From IMG/VR virus record IMGVR_UViG_3300025137_000016: a stretch of DNA of 64,000 nucleotides; one strand, given 5' to 3'. The DNA is from a virus. The notes under the pieces were generated by a model. The model was not told the origin of the DNA and made no database searches. It saw nothing but the letters and a program-made list of their open reading frames with translations. Below are positions 19,128 through 28,551 of this stretch, piece after piece (position 1 is the stretch's first letter; each line of letters starts with the position of its first letter). The position numbers and the translations under genes are program-made.

Positions 19128-20096
19128 ATGAGTAATGATAAAAATGAGCCAGTGGATATCCCAGAAACTGATGAAGATTGGGACAAAATCATAGATGAGC
19201 AAGACGCCATCGAAAAACACAAAATAGCACAAGCAGAACTAGACGCAGAGATGGGTGGTAAAACATTTACCAAACCCACAGTTCCGTCACCTGCATTAAG
19301 CTCTGATCCTGAAGCTCCTCTTCCTGAGGGTGTTCTTAAAAGAGTCATGGGTATGGCTATTCCTACAAGAGAAAAACAACTTGAGGATTATGAAAAGTAT
19401 AAAGAAGCTACATCCAAAACTACTGATCAAAGTAAAGTTGCATATGCAATTGAACAGATCGGAGAAAACAATTTAGATGGTGCTCAAAAATGGCTTAATG
19501 AAAACAAACAGCAACTAGACGAATCTAAAAGATTAACTATTACTGAAGGACAAGCTGTTCAGGTTCACTATGTAAAATTCTTATCTGAAGAAGAGTTTGA
19601 AAGTAAAATTATTGAAGGACTTGCTGAGATTAAACAAATTGAAGTAAAAGATATAATGGATGCTGGTGGTATGGACGCACACTTAGTAAGGGATTTAGAT
19701 ATCGATTCATTAGATGCTATTGAACTTATTATGGATGCTGAAGATATGCTTGGTGCTCAGATTGAAAACACTGAAATTATGTGGGTCAAAACATTAAAAG
19801 ATATCTTCGAAGTTATTAAGTATAAGATCGAAAATGACAATATGCCTTTCCCTATCCCTGACTTTGATGAAGAAGATATTATATTCAGACCAACCACTAC
19901 TAATGTAGATGGTGTAGAGGTACATGGGGGCAACTCTGCTTATAAAGCATTCATGGCTGGGTCTGATCAACAGAGAGCTGTAGAAGGCGATATTGATGCA
20001 TGGCTTGAAGAAGAAGACGCAAGAGAACAAAAAATGCGTGAACTTCTTGAAGAAGATGATGATGATTTATCTGTCGGACACGACAAAAAGGAATAA
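19128..20096 (+). CDS. Acidic protein containing an acyl carrier protein domain
   Basis: LVRDLDIDSLDAIELIMDAED..KTLKDI is a canonical ACP helix II with the DSL serine. Confidence 0.8.
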   Translation: MSNDKNEPVDIPETDEDWDKIIDEQDAIEKHKIAQAELDAEMGGKTFTKPTVPSPALSSDPEAPLPEGVLKRVMGMAIPTREKQLEDYEKYKEATSKTTDQSKVAYAIEQIGENNLDGAQKWLNENKQQLDESKRLTITEGQAVQVHYVKFLSEEEFESKIIEGLAEIKQIEVKDIMDAGGMDAHLVRDLDIDSLDAIELIMDAEDMLGAQIENTEIMWVKTLKDIFEVIKYKIENDNMPFPIPDFDEEDIIFRPTTTNVDGVEVHGGNSAYKAFMAGSDQQRAVEGDIDAWLEEEDAREQKMRELLEEDDDDLSVGHDKKE

Positions 20097-20099
20097 TAT

Positions 20100-20231
20100 A
20101 TGGACTATCTATCACTATACGAGACAGAAAGATCTAAAGTTATTGAATTAGAAGGGCGAATTCGAGAACTTGAATATAAAATAGAACTAAATAATAGTAA
20201 ATTAAACAATGAAGGAGACGATAATGATTAA
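20100..20231 (+). CDS. Small coiled-coil protein (43 aa, not in track)
   Basis: SD AAGGA; MDYLSLYETERSKVIELEGRIRELE. Confidence 0.45.
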   Translation: MDYLSLYETERSKVIELEGRIRELEYKIELNNSKLNNEGDDND

Positions 20232-20448
20232 TGAGAATGAGAAAGTGGCTGTAGAGAATGAAACTCCAGAAGCACCTGAAACAGATGCACCTGTAGAAAC
20301 TCAACCTGAAGCACCTGCGGAAGCACCTGCTGAAGAGCCAAAGGCTGAAGAGCCAAAGGCTGAAGAGCCAAAGGCTGAAGAGCCAGCAAAACCAGAGATG
20401 AGTAATTTACAGAAAGCAGCAGTTGCTAAATTAAACGAACTTATCTAA
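20224..20448 (+). CDS. Small Pro/Glu/Ala-rich late protein
   Basis: CTAAATA at 20187, SD AAGGAG. Confidence 0.6.
   Translation: MINENEKVAVENETPEAPETDAPVETQPEAPAEAPAEEPKAEEPKAEEPKAEEPAKPEMSNLQKAAVAKLNELI
20329..20385 (+). repeat. 15-bp coding tandem repeat, about 3.8 copies (AEEPK)
   Basis: GCTGAAGAGCCAAAG x3 plus a partial copy. Confidence 0.9.
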
Positions 20449-20463
20449 TTAAAGGGGATACAA

Positions 20464-21876
20464 ATGTCAGAAGTATTAAGCTATCAAGAATTTATGGAAG
20501 CATTGGATTCAGTGAATTCGAAAGCTGTCAAAAAGAAGTTTAAAGATCGCAAAGACAAGGACATCGATAATGATGGAGATGTTGATTCGTCTGACAAATT
20601 CCTACACAAAAGACGCAAAGCTATTTCTAAGGCTGTTAAAAACGAAGACATGGAAAAACCTATGACTTCTGCAGAACGAGCAAAGATGATGCAAAAGAAA
20701 GCTGATAAAGTAAAGCGTGATGCTGAAGCAAAACTTAAGAAAGCAAAAGGCATAACTATGGGAGAAGGCAAGTATGCAAAATACTCAGACCTACTTCTAA
20801 AAAAACAACGCATGAAAAAAATGGGTCAAAATACTATGGTGGTTGATAAAGAAATCGAAGCTGAAAAGAAAAAAGTTCAATCAGATAAATCTGGTACCAT
20901 GTCAATGAAAAAAGAAATGGCTGAAGCGAAAGATACTCATAAGACTAAAGATGGTGGCACTGCTAAAAAAGGTTTATATTACAATATAAACAAAAAGAAA
21001 AAGTCTGGTGCAAAGATGCGTAAAAAAGGCGACGAGGGTTCTCCTACTGAGAAAGACTTCGACAATGCTGCCAAAACTGCTAAAGAAGAAGTCGATCCTA
21101 TAGATTTAAGAGGAAGACCTAAAAAAGCAGACTCACATCCAAATTCACCTTATGGTGTAAAGCATCCTCTTCATCCTGCGAATGTAGCAAAACGCAAAGA
21201 GAGAGAAAGAAAGAAAGCACAAAGTGCTAACGAAGAAAGAGAACTATGTCATTCAAAAGACCACGACTGTGCTACAGTTGTTGAGCATCCAGTATGGGGT
21301 TTAGGAAAACCAATGTATGAAAGTCATGCAGTACCAACTGACGATGGTTATGTTTCTTGGTATGATGTAGAATTCGATCATGGTATTGAAAAAGAAGTTC
21401 CTACAGATGAGATGAAGGTTTATACTACAGAAGATCATTCTAAGTATATGAAACCAAAATCTAAGAAAGCTGTAAACGATGAAATGTATGCATCGAAGAA
21501 AAAGGACAAAAACAAAATGATAGATGAAGAAGAATATTCTGAAGCAGATATCAAAAAAGCTGTCGAACTCGCTAAGAGAATGGCAGGAAGTAATTACACT
21601 GGAGCAACTAATGCCATTAACAAGATGAAAAAAGGTCTTGCTAGTGTTGGTAAAGTCAAATATGCATTAAGAAAAGCTGCAGAATCTTTTGAAACCTTTA
21701 ATGGTTTATCTATATCAGAAGTAAACGACATCGTTGATGAGCTCGCTTCTTCTGCCCAAGACTATATTAAGCTGGTGGAAAGTGGTGACTTAGAGTCCGC
21801 TGTCGAGCCAGATGTTGAACTAGCCAAAGGGATGCCATTATCATTTAAACAATTCAAATCTAAAATAGGAGAATAA
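20464..21876 (+). CDS. Lys/Glu-rich putative internal head protein
   Basis: LSYQEFMEA N-terminus; DIDNDGDVDSSD EF-hand-like segment; modules ending in EE. Confidence 0.6.
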   Translation: MSEVLSYQEFMEALDSVNSKAVKKKFKDRKDKDIDNDGDVDSSDKFLHKRRKAISKAVKNEDMEKPMTSAERAKMMQKKADKVKRDAEAKLKKAKGITMGEGKYAKYSDLLLKKQRMKKMGQNTMVVDKEIEAEKKKVQSDKSGTMSMKKEMAEAKDTHKTKDGGTAKKGLYYNINKKKKSGAKMRKKGDEGSPTEKDFDNAAKTAKEEVDPIDLRGRPKKADSHPNSPYGVKHPLHPANVAKRKERERKKAQSANEERELCHSKDHDCATVVEHPVWGLGKPMYESHAVPTDDGYVSWYDVEFDHGIEKEVPTDEMKVYTTEDHSKYMKPKSKKAVNDEMYASKKKDKNKMIDEEEYSEADIKKAVELAKRMAGSNYTGATNAINKMKKGLASVGKVKYALRKAAESFETFNGLSISEVNDIVDELASSAQDYIKLVESGDLESAVEPDVELAKGMPLSFKQFKSKIGE

Positions 21877-21877
21877 T

Positions 21878-22996
21878 ATGGCTTTATGGGGAACAAGTGA
21901 TTCACACGTGAATCGACCTAACTGGCTAGAAGTTGGTCAAATTAAAAAAATTAATATTAGTGAAGTTGGTACTGGTTATGGTACTGGTCCATCTGTCGCT
22001 ATTGCTGCTGGAGCTAGTGGTACAAGAGCCACTGCTGCTAACGCAACATTATCAGGTTCAGGAATAGCAAATATCGTTATGACTGATCCAGGAGACGGAT
22101 ATATAGCAACTGATGCTGCTGCTGTAACAATTGGTACACCAACAACTAATACTGTTGCTACATCTGCTGTCACTACTGCAACTGATACCTTTACTACTGG
22201 TACTCACAACTTGCTTACTGGTGATAGAGTAATTTATGCAAATGGTGGTGGAGCTGATGCTACTGGATTAACTGGTGGTACAACTTACTTCGCAATTAAA
22301 GTTGACGCAACTAATATTAAAGTTGCTACAAACTTAACAAATGCTGAAGCTGGAACTGCTATCGTAGTTTCTGGCACAGGTAATAACGCACAATCCTTTT
22401 CAGGTATTCAAGCTGTAGGTGCTGTAGTGAAAGCTGCAAACTCTTATTCAGCTGCAGACATTATGTTTGTTGATACTGATGAAGCTGCACTTGCTCAAAA
22501 CAAAGCAAGAGGAATAACTGGTGCTGGTTGGTGGACAATTAAATCTAGCAAACAAGATTCAGATGGTAATACAAGATATCAAGCTGAATGTATAGTTGCT
22601 ATGTCTAGAACTGCAGCTCAAGCTGGTGACGATGCTGCTGATGATGCTTCTGTATCTGATGCTGCTAACTCATTCGCAATAACAGTACAACCTGCTGCTA
22701 TGACTACTTCAAGTGGAGATGCTACGATAACTCTAACTACAGGAACTGTGGTAGGAACTATTGGAGCTCTAAACTACAAGTGGCAAAGACAAACAGCTAC
22801 TGGAACTCGTTGGACTGATGTCAATGGTACAATTGACGCAGGAATCTACTCAGACTTCACTACTGCTACATTAGCAGTGACTGGTGTGACTGATACAACG
22901 CATGATGGTAAAAAATACAGAGTAAAAGTAAATAGTGCAAATGGTGCCCCAGAGCAAGTCTCTAATGGTGTCGCTACACTAACCTTTGGCTCTTAA
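21878..22996 (+). CDS. Virion structural (decoration/fibre) protein with C-terminal Ig-like domain
   Basis: MALWG N-terminus; Thr/Ala/Gly-rich; ITVQP..YKWQ..DGKKYRV..S..ATLT Ig pattern. Confidence 0.7.
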   Translation: MALWGTSDSHVNRPNWLEVGQIKKINISEVGTGYGTGPSVAIAAGASGTRATAANATLSGSGIANIVMTDPGDGYIATDAAAVTIGTPTTNTVATSAVTTATDTFTTGTHNLLTGDRVIYANGGGADATGLTGGTTYFAIKVDATNIKVATNLTNAEAGTAIVVSGTGNNAQSFSGIQAVGAVVKAANSYSAADIMFVDTDEAALAQNKARGITGAGWWTIKSSKQDSDGNTRYQAECIVAMSRTAAQAGDDAADDASVSDAANSFAITVQPAAMTTSSGDATITLTTGTVVGTIGALNYKWQRQTATGTRWTDVNGTIDAGIYSDFTTATLAVTGVTDTTHDGKKYRVKVNSANGAPEQVSNGVATLTFGS

Positions 22997-23019
22997 TAAA
23001 TAATAACATAACCTAGAAC

Positions 23020-23048
23020 TGGGGGAGGGTTGTAAAAAACTCTCCCCA
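23020..23048 (+). terminator. Intercistronic GC-rich hairpin (weak terminator or stabiliser)
   Basis: GGGGAGGGTT...AACTCTCCCC stem with no long U tract. Confidence 0.5.
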
Positions 23049-23075
23049 TTCTGCAAAATTAAATAGGAGTAAATT

Positions 23076-23672
23076 ATGGCAGATCAAAAAATATCAGAAC
23101 TCGTTGCAGCAACCTCTGCTGCAGGTGCCGACCTTTTAAATATCGTACAAGGTGGCTCAAACAAAAAACTTACAATCGCAAATCTATTCGCTAATCTGGA
23201 TACACCATTAATCATTAATGAAAGTGGTGGTGACCAAGATACTCGTGTCGAAGGATTAAACGATGTTAATCTATTATATGTAGATGCTTCCACTGACGCA
23301 GTTGGTATCGGAAGTGCTACTCCCACACAAAAATTAGATGTAGCAGGAAACCTTGCAGTTTCAAATGGAACATTGTTCCTATCACAAACTGCTCAGTCTT
23401 CTACAGGTACATCTACAACAGACCTAACTAAAGCAGTGACAGAATTAACTTTGTCATCTGGTTCAGATGCTGCATCATTAGCTAATGGTACAGTTGGTCA
23501 AATCAAAATTATTACAGTCGTAAGTGGCTCAGGAGCATGTGTATTGACTCCTGCAACTGCTAATGGCTTTACTACAGCTACATTTAACGCAGTTGGTGAT
23601 ACACTGACTGTTATGTATGTCGCAACAGTTGGTTGGTCAGTTATTGGCAATCATTCTGTGACTGTAGCTTAA
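23076..23672 (+). CDS. Fibre-like structural protein
   Basis: MADQKISEL N-terminus; VGIGSATPTQKLDVAG repeat unit. Confidence 0.65.
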   Translation: MADQKISELVAATSAAGADLLNIVQGGSNKKLTIANLFANLDTPLIINESGGDQDTRVEGLNDVNLLYVDASTDAVGIGSATPTQKLDVAGNLAVSNGTLFLSQTAQSSTGTSTTDLTKAVTELTLSSGSDAASLANGTVGQIKIITVVSGSGACVLTPATANGFTTATFNAVGDTLTVMYVATVGWSVIGNHSVTVA

Positions 23673-23703
23673 TATTAATCTATATTATTTTTAGGAGATA
23701 ATT

Positions 23704-23916
23704 ATGTCTAGTTATGACTTTAATGCGAAACTTGATGGATATAGACAAGGACTTAAAAAGAAAGAAGAAGTTCTTGTTCAATTACAACAAGGTGTAGCGA
23801 ATACCCAAGCAGAAATGCATATGTTGACTGGAGCGATACAAGCACTAGAAGACATTATAAAAGAATCTGAATTGAAACAGAAAAAGAGCGATGATAAAAA
23901 AACTGACAGAAAATAA
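23704..23916 (+). CDS. Small coiled-coil protein
   Basis: SD AGGAG; heptad pattern. Confidence 0.6.
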   Translation: MSSYDFNAKLDGYRQGLKKKEEVLVQLQQGVANTQAEMHMLTGAIQALEDIIKESELKQKKSDDKKTDRK

Positions 23917-24268
23917 CTTTCTTCAGTATGCTCTAAATAATTATGATAATCCTTCTTGTGCTACACTAGAAGAATTTGAAGATGATTTAAAAAAGTTCTT
24001 TTATCTTAATAAACTTTTTAAGAGATACAAAAAGAATGAAGAGTTAAGAGAGAGATTAATTTTAAATCATATTGTTGTGATATTTAATTTATGGGGCGAT
24101 GCTGCTGCGGATATGCTTTTTCATCGAGTAGATGAAGAACATTGGAGTACACTGATAGTCTTTTTGATTTATCTAGGTAGACTCCCAGAATATATCCCAG
24201 GCACAACAACTCGCTCTACAACTTTACCACATGATGAAAATGTGGCAGATATATTAAGAGAAATATAA
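23891..24268 (+). CDS. Conserved T4-like hypothetical protein
   Basis: NYDNP.C..EEF.DDL and LRERLILNH pattern familiar from marine T4-like phages. Confidence 0.65.
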   Translation: MIKKLTENNFLQYALNNYDNPSCATLEEFEDDLKKFFYLNKLFKRYKKNEELRERLILNHIVVIFNLWGDAAADMLFHRVDEEHWSTLIVFLIYLGRLPEYIPGTTTRSTTLPHDENVADILREI

Positions 24269-25177
24269 ATGAGCAAAACAGTAGATAACATAATTGCGTA
24301 TAGAATCATTTCTATGCTCGTCAAACCTTTTAAGGACACAGATGCCTTTAAAGAGGGAATCATTGACGAGAGAGGTAAAGTGATTAAGAAGGCAAGCAAG
24401 TTATCCACTACTAAAGAAAAAAATGCTTATACATTTTTACATCGTCTCATATTCAAATTAAAACAATTTGTTGAGAAAGCTCCAGGAGGGAAAACTAGAT
24501 TAGGATCCCTTGCTGCAGCATACTATTTAATCAGGGAAGCATATGAAGGACAAGAGTCTGTTCATATACTAGAAGAAAGATATACTGATTTAATGTCAAA
24601 AGATATATCTCTACTTGAGGAAGAACTCATGGTAGAAGAAGTCGTTGATCATTTAATCTTTATGTCAGAAGCAAAGAAATTTAAACCTCATATGATGTAT
24701 GATCCTAAATCTGGTGCTAAGAAAATGGCAAAAACAGAGAAAGATCATCTAGCACTAAAAGATAAAGGTTGGGGACATGAAGAAGTAGAAGAAGATGTTG
24801 CTGCTAATTCGGTAGCAGGTGGTGGTGTTGATTTATCCCCAACTGTTAGAATGAAAAAAGGTAGGAAGTTTGCTACATTTAAAGTTAGTGACGAAGTCTT
24901 CAGTAAATTCAAAAAGGGTAAAAAGAAATATTCTAAATGGAAAGAATATTTGAATATGGAAGATGATGCTCAATCATCAATCTATTCATATGCTCGTAAG
25001 AATCCAAAAGGTGTTATCATAATGCAAAGCAAATCTGGTGACACTAAAGCGATTCGATTCAATAGAACTGGTGGAGGAAGTTGGAGAAATATTCAACGAC
25101 CTGTATCTCGATCAGTTGGTAAAAGCACCATGGTTGGTGGACCAACTGGAACCATAGTCGCAATCACGGCATTATAA
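24269..25177 (+). CDS. Conserved T4-like hypothetical protein
   Basis: PF..TDAF..GIIDE.G N-terminal pattern; abuts its neighbours. Confidence 0.6.
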   Translation: MSKTVDNIIAYRIISMLVKPFKDTDAFKEGIIDERGKVIKKASKLSTTKEKNAYTFLHRLIFKLKQFVEKAPGGKTRLGSLAAAYYLIREAYEGQESVHILEERYTDLMSKDISLLEEELMVEEVVDHLIFMSEAKKFKPHMMYDPKSGAKKMAKTEKDHLALKDKGWGHEEVEEDVAANSVAGGGVDLSPTVRMKKGRKFATFKVSDEVFSKFKKGKKKYSKWKEYLNMEDDAQSSIYSYARKNPKGVIIMQSKSGDTKAIRFNRTGGGSWRNIQRPVSRSVGKSTMVGGPTGTIVAITAL

Positions 25178-25794
25178 TGTTTACAATTATTTCTATATTG
25201 GGGTTTGTACCCACGTCAGTCTATCTCGGTATTACTGTCATAGGACTAATAGGAATGATAGTAGTTGGTGTTATGCCACTACTACCTAAGAGCTGGGGAC
25301 TAATGTTCGGATTGCTTTTTGGTATAGGCTCTTTCTTATTAGGAGCTGTTTGGACAAATGGTCCAATAGTCGATGAGCTAAATAGATTACAGGATGAAAT
25401 AAAAACTATTGAAGCTGAAGCAGAAAAAGTTTCTGAAGTTATTGCTGAAGATTTTGTAGATGAAACGAATAAAATTAAATCTAATGGAAATAAAATAAGT
25501 GAGAAGGTCAATGAATATATTAGTGAAAGTGATGATGCTTTGTGTAGTTTGCCTGACGATGTCAGCTTGCTCCACGACAGTGCCATTAAAAATGAAGTTC
25601 CCGACACCACCAGAAGTACTGATGGAGGAGGGGAAGAAAATGGAGACGATAGAGGAACGGAAAAACTCAGAATCTCTGAACTAACAACAATCACAGTCGA
25701 AAACTACACGACTTGTAATGAAGTAAGAATACAACTTAAGAATTTACAACGATGGGTAGACGAGATGCAGAGGGTACACAACTATGGCGAGTGA
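25177..25794 (+). CDS. Rz-like inner-membrane spanin
   Basis: N-terminal TM helices, coiled coil and ENY..C pattern; hosts an embedded lipoprotein ORF. Confidence 0.65.
   Translation: MFTIISILGFVPTSVYLGITVIGLIGMIVVGVMPLLPKSWGLMFGLLFGIGSFLLGAVWTNGPIVDELNRLQDEIKTIEAEAEKVSEVIAEDFVDETNKIKSNGNKISEKVNEYISESDDALCSLPDDVSLLHDSAIKNEVPDTTRSTDGGGEENGDDRGTEKLRISELTTITVENYTTCNEVRIQLKNLQRWVDEMQRVHNYGE
25511..25684 (+). CDS. Rz1-like outer-membrane spanin embedded in Rz
   Basis: SD GAAGG; lipobox MSAC; Pro-rich FPTPPEVLM; +1 frame. Confidence 0.65.
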   Translation: MNILVKVMMLCVVCLTMSACSTTVPLKMKFPTPPEVLMEEGKKMETIEERKNSESLN

Positions 25795-26203
25795 AGTCGA
25801 AATAGCAAAAAATCAGGTAGAAATATCTAATCTTAAAACTGATATTCAAAAGATTGATACATCTATTGAAAAGATTGGGGAAGCAACAGCTCAGATTTCT
25901 AGACTGTTAGCAGTACACGATTCTCGATTAGATGGACAAGACGAAGATACAACTGCAATCCAAAAAGATATTAAAGTCCTACACGCAAGAATCACTGAGG
26001 GTGGGCAAGAAGTAATTCAAGCTATCCATGCTAGTGAGACCAGAATCTCAGAAGGTTCTAGTCTACAACATGCAGCCATGAACGAATCAATTGCTCAGGT
26101 AGGTCTTAGAGTTAATAATCTAGAGCAATATAAGTGGTATGTCATGGGAATAATAGGAGCTATTGCTGCTGTTGCAGGTTCTTTTGGATATATGTTATTC
26201 TAA
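25784..26203 (+). CDS. Coiled-coil protein with C-terminal TM helix (holin-like candidate)
   Basis: LEQYKWYVMGIIGAIAAVAG tail; follows the spanins. Confidence 0.5.
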   Translation: MASEVEIAKNQVEISNLKTDIQKIDTSIEKIGEATAQISRLLAVHDSRLDGQDEDTTAIQKDIKVLHARITEGGQEVIQAIHASETRISEGSSLQHAAMNESIAQVGLRVNNLEQYKWYVMGIIGAIAAVAGSFGYMLF

Positions 26204-26204
26204 C

Positions 26205-26233
26205 TTTACTTTTAAGTTTTTATCAAGTAATAT
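26205..26233 (+). promoter_or_regulatory. Sigma70-type promoter for primase
   Basis: TTTACT-17 nt-TAATAT, nearly identical to 1475-1503. Confidence 0.8.
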
Positions 26234-26242
26234 TACTATATT

Positions 26243-27256
26243 ATGATTTATGTGGACGCAAAATATGCTGCGATGCTCTCACCGAGAGTACGCAACTTCA
26301 AACAGCAGAAGGACTATCTATGGAACCTTTCCTGTCCTCTCTGTGGTGATTCCAAAAAAGACCAATCAAAAGCTCGAGGATATATCTATCGTAAAGAATC
26401 CTCGCTTTTTTATAAGTGCCATAACTGTCAAGCTGGTACGAATCTTGGCAACTTAATCAAACAACTAGACTCACGAATGTATAGTGAGTACTCTCTCGAA
26501 AAATTTGGGAGTACTAATAATACACACGTGCAAGATAAACCAGATTTAGATATATTCAAGACGGAAGCAATACAATTTCCTACTAAATTACAGCATGCGA
26601 ATTTTGTATCTACTCTCCCTGATGAACACCCAATAAAAAAGTTCTTACTAAGACGACACATAAATCACGATCTACATAAGCACTTTTATTGGGTGCCGAG
26701 ATTTAAACAATGGGTAAATGATAATGTGGTATATAAGTTTCATAAGATAGTATCTGATGAGCCAAGATTAGTTATACCCTTCTTTGATGAGGATAAAGAA
26801 TTAATTGCTCTACAAGGTAGATCTTTCGGAAATGAAGAGCCTAAGTATTATACACTGAAAGTTAAAGAAGAAAACCATAAAGTGTATGGTCTTGATCGTT
26901 TAAATAAAGATCAACATGCTTATGTAGTTGAGGGTCCAATAGATTCTCTATTTCTTCAAAACTGTATAGCAGTTGCAGGTGCTTCTTTTGATATACCTCA
27001 AGTTAGAGAATTAAAAGATAACTGTACAATTGTTTTTGATAATGAACCACGCAATCGTGAACTCGTAAAACAAATAGAATCTATAATTAAAAAAGGTTAT
27101 AGAGTTTGTTTATGGAGTGATAGTGTAAAAGAAAAAGATATTAATGATATGATTATGGCTGGCAAAACACCTCTTACAATACATGCTCTCATGGAGGGGA
27201 GTAGTGTACAAGGTGCAGAAGCTGAAGCCAAATTTAACTTATGGAGAAAGTGCTAA
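26243..27256 (+). CDS. gp61: DNA primase
   Basis: CPLCGDS..CHNC zinc finger; EGPIDS, FDNEPRN and KDINDM TOPRIM motifs. Confidence 0.95.
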   Translation: MIYVDAKYAAMLSPRVRNFKQQKDYLWNLSCPLCGDSKKDQSKARGYIYRKESSLFYKCHNCQAGTNLGNLIKQLDSRMYSEYSLEKFGSTNNTHVQDKPDLDIFKTEAIQFPTKLQHANFVSTLPDEHPIKKFLLRRHINHDLHKHFYWVPRFKQWVNDNVVYKFHKIVSDEPRLVIPFFDEDKELIALQGRSFGNEEPKYYTLKVKEENHKVYGLDRLNKDQHAYVVEGPIDSLFLQNCIAVAGASFDIPQVRELKDNCTIVFDNEPRNRELVKQIESIIKKGYRVCLWSDSVKEKDINDMIMAGKTPLTIHALMEGSSVQGAEAEAKFNLWRKC

Positions 27257-27753
27257 TGACTATACCATTTGACAGAGCTGACTTATTAAAAGATTATGTT
27301 CATGAGATGGATATTACTGAAGATATGGTTCGAACATTTTGTAAAATTGTACAAGATGATAACCCCTTACATTTCGGAGACGAAGAGGGTAATGTAATGC
27401 CAGGAGCATTAATGGTTTCACTATTATTTTCAAACCCAGTAAATGGTTTCTTTATTCGTAATGTACAAATTAAATTTCTAGCACCAATTCACTTTCCTAC
27501 AAAGGTTAAGATATATCGTAAGGTATGGAAAGCTACAGATAGAAAAGCTGGTGAACTCGGAGAAGGTATTTTTGCCATTCGTGATTTAACTGATGGCATT
27601 ATTAAGTGCAAAGGTACAGGACAAGTATTCAGACCAACTAAAAGATTAATGGAAACATTTGAAACAGGTGTTGATAGAAACTTTTTTAAGTCGTCAGATC
27701 CTAATTTTAAAAGACAACATTGGACAAACCCAACAGGCAAGGAGATAAAATGA
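27256..27753 (+). CDS. MaoC-like hotdog-fold (de)hydratase
   Basis: F..IVQDDNPLH..VMPGAL hydratase-2 motif; IKFLAPI. Confidence 0.75.
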   Translation: MTIPFDRADLLKDYVHEMDITEDMVRTFCKIVQDDNPLHFGDEEGNVMPGALMVSLLFSNPVNGFFIRNVQIKFLAPIHFPTKVKIYRKVWKATDRKAGELGEGIFAIRDLTDGIIKCKGTGQVFRPTKRLMETFETGVDRNFFKSSDPNFKRQHWTNPTGKEIK

Positions 27754-28214
27754 GCGAAGAAGATAAAACAGATAAGCCATCGGCAACTGTCACAGATATT
27801 AATGAATTTGCTGCGAAGAAATATGATGAGCAAACTCTAGAAAATTTGCGTCAGCAACAAGAGTTAGATCAGAACTTTATTCTATCACCACTATGGGAAT
27901 CGCTGGGTAATATTAAGAACTCCAAGCAAGCAATCAATGCTGCGATGGGTATGTTAATATGTGCGAAAGACATTCTTGTTTTAGAACAAGGTAAAGAACA
28001 AGCCAAGTTAATATTAAGCACTATGGACTTCGAGAAGATCGATCTGGTGACTATTACTAAGAAGCCTGTAGATGGGGTACCAACAGATGAATATAGTCTC
28101 AGAGAAGAGGATATGGATCCTATGGACGCTCCTCTAGAAGAAGATAAGGTTATAGAATTTGAATTTGATAATAATGGAGATACTGACAATGGCGAAGAAG
28201 AAAGCACTGATTGA
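27750..28214 (+). CDS. Hypothetical acidic protein
   Basis: SD AGGAG; overlaps upstream stop. Confidence 0.6.
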   Translation: MSEEDKTDKPSATVTDINEFAAKKYDEQTLENLRQQQELDQNFILSPLWESLGNIKNSKQAINAAMGMLICAKDILVLEQGKEQAKLILSTMDFEKIDLVTITKKPVDGVPTDEYSLREEDMDPMDAPLEEDKVIEFEFDNNGDTDNGEEESTD

Positions 28215-28551
28215 AGAACTTTGGGATGAACAAGAAGAAGTCCTAGAAAAACCACAACAGCAGACTGTATCTAACTTCGTAAGAGGTGAATGGGTCGATC
28301 GTATATATGGTGGTGGTGGTAATAAAATGAGATTACTCCAAGGGCAGTTCGGTAAAGAGTTCGCTGGTACTATCACTGAAAAGAAGTTTCGTAGATATAG
28401 AAAAGATCTACAGGGCATCGCTACTGAAACATATTATCAAAAATACCATCATACTTCAGATGGAAGATGGTTCGACAATGGTGGTATGCCATGTGAAAAA
28501 CCTCACCATGAACCAAAACAGGCACACCTAGAGGAAGAAGAAAGCGAATGA
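28189..28551 (+). CDS. Hypothetical protein
   Basis: SD GGAG; ATG at 28189. Confidence 0.6.
   Translation: MAKKKALIEELWDEQEEVLEKPQQQTVSNFVRGEWVDRIYGGGGNKMRLLQGQFGKEFAGTITEKKFRRYRKDLQGIATETYYQKYHHTSDGRWFDNGGMPCEKPHHEPKQAHLEEEESE

Noticed and set aside
20329-20385. Tandem repeat as a regulatory or phase-variable element
   Set aside because: The in-frame 15-bp unit simply encodes a low-complexity linker.
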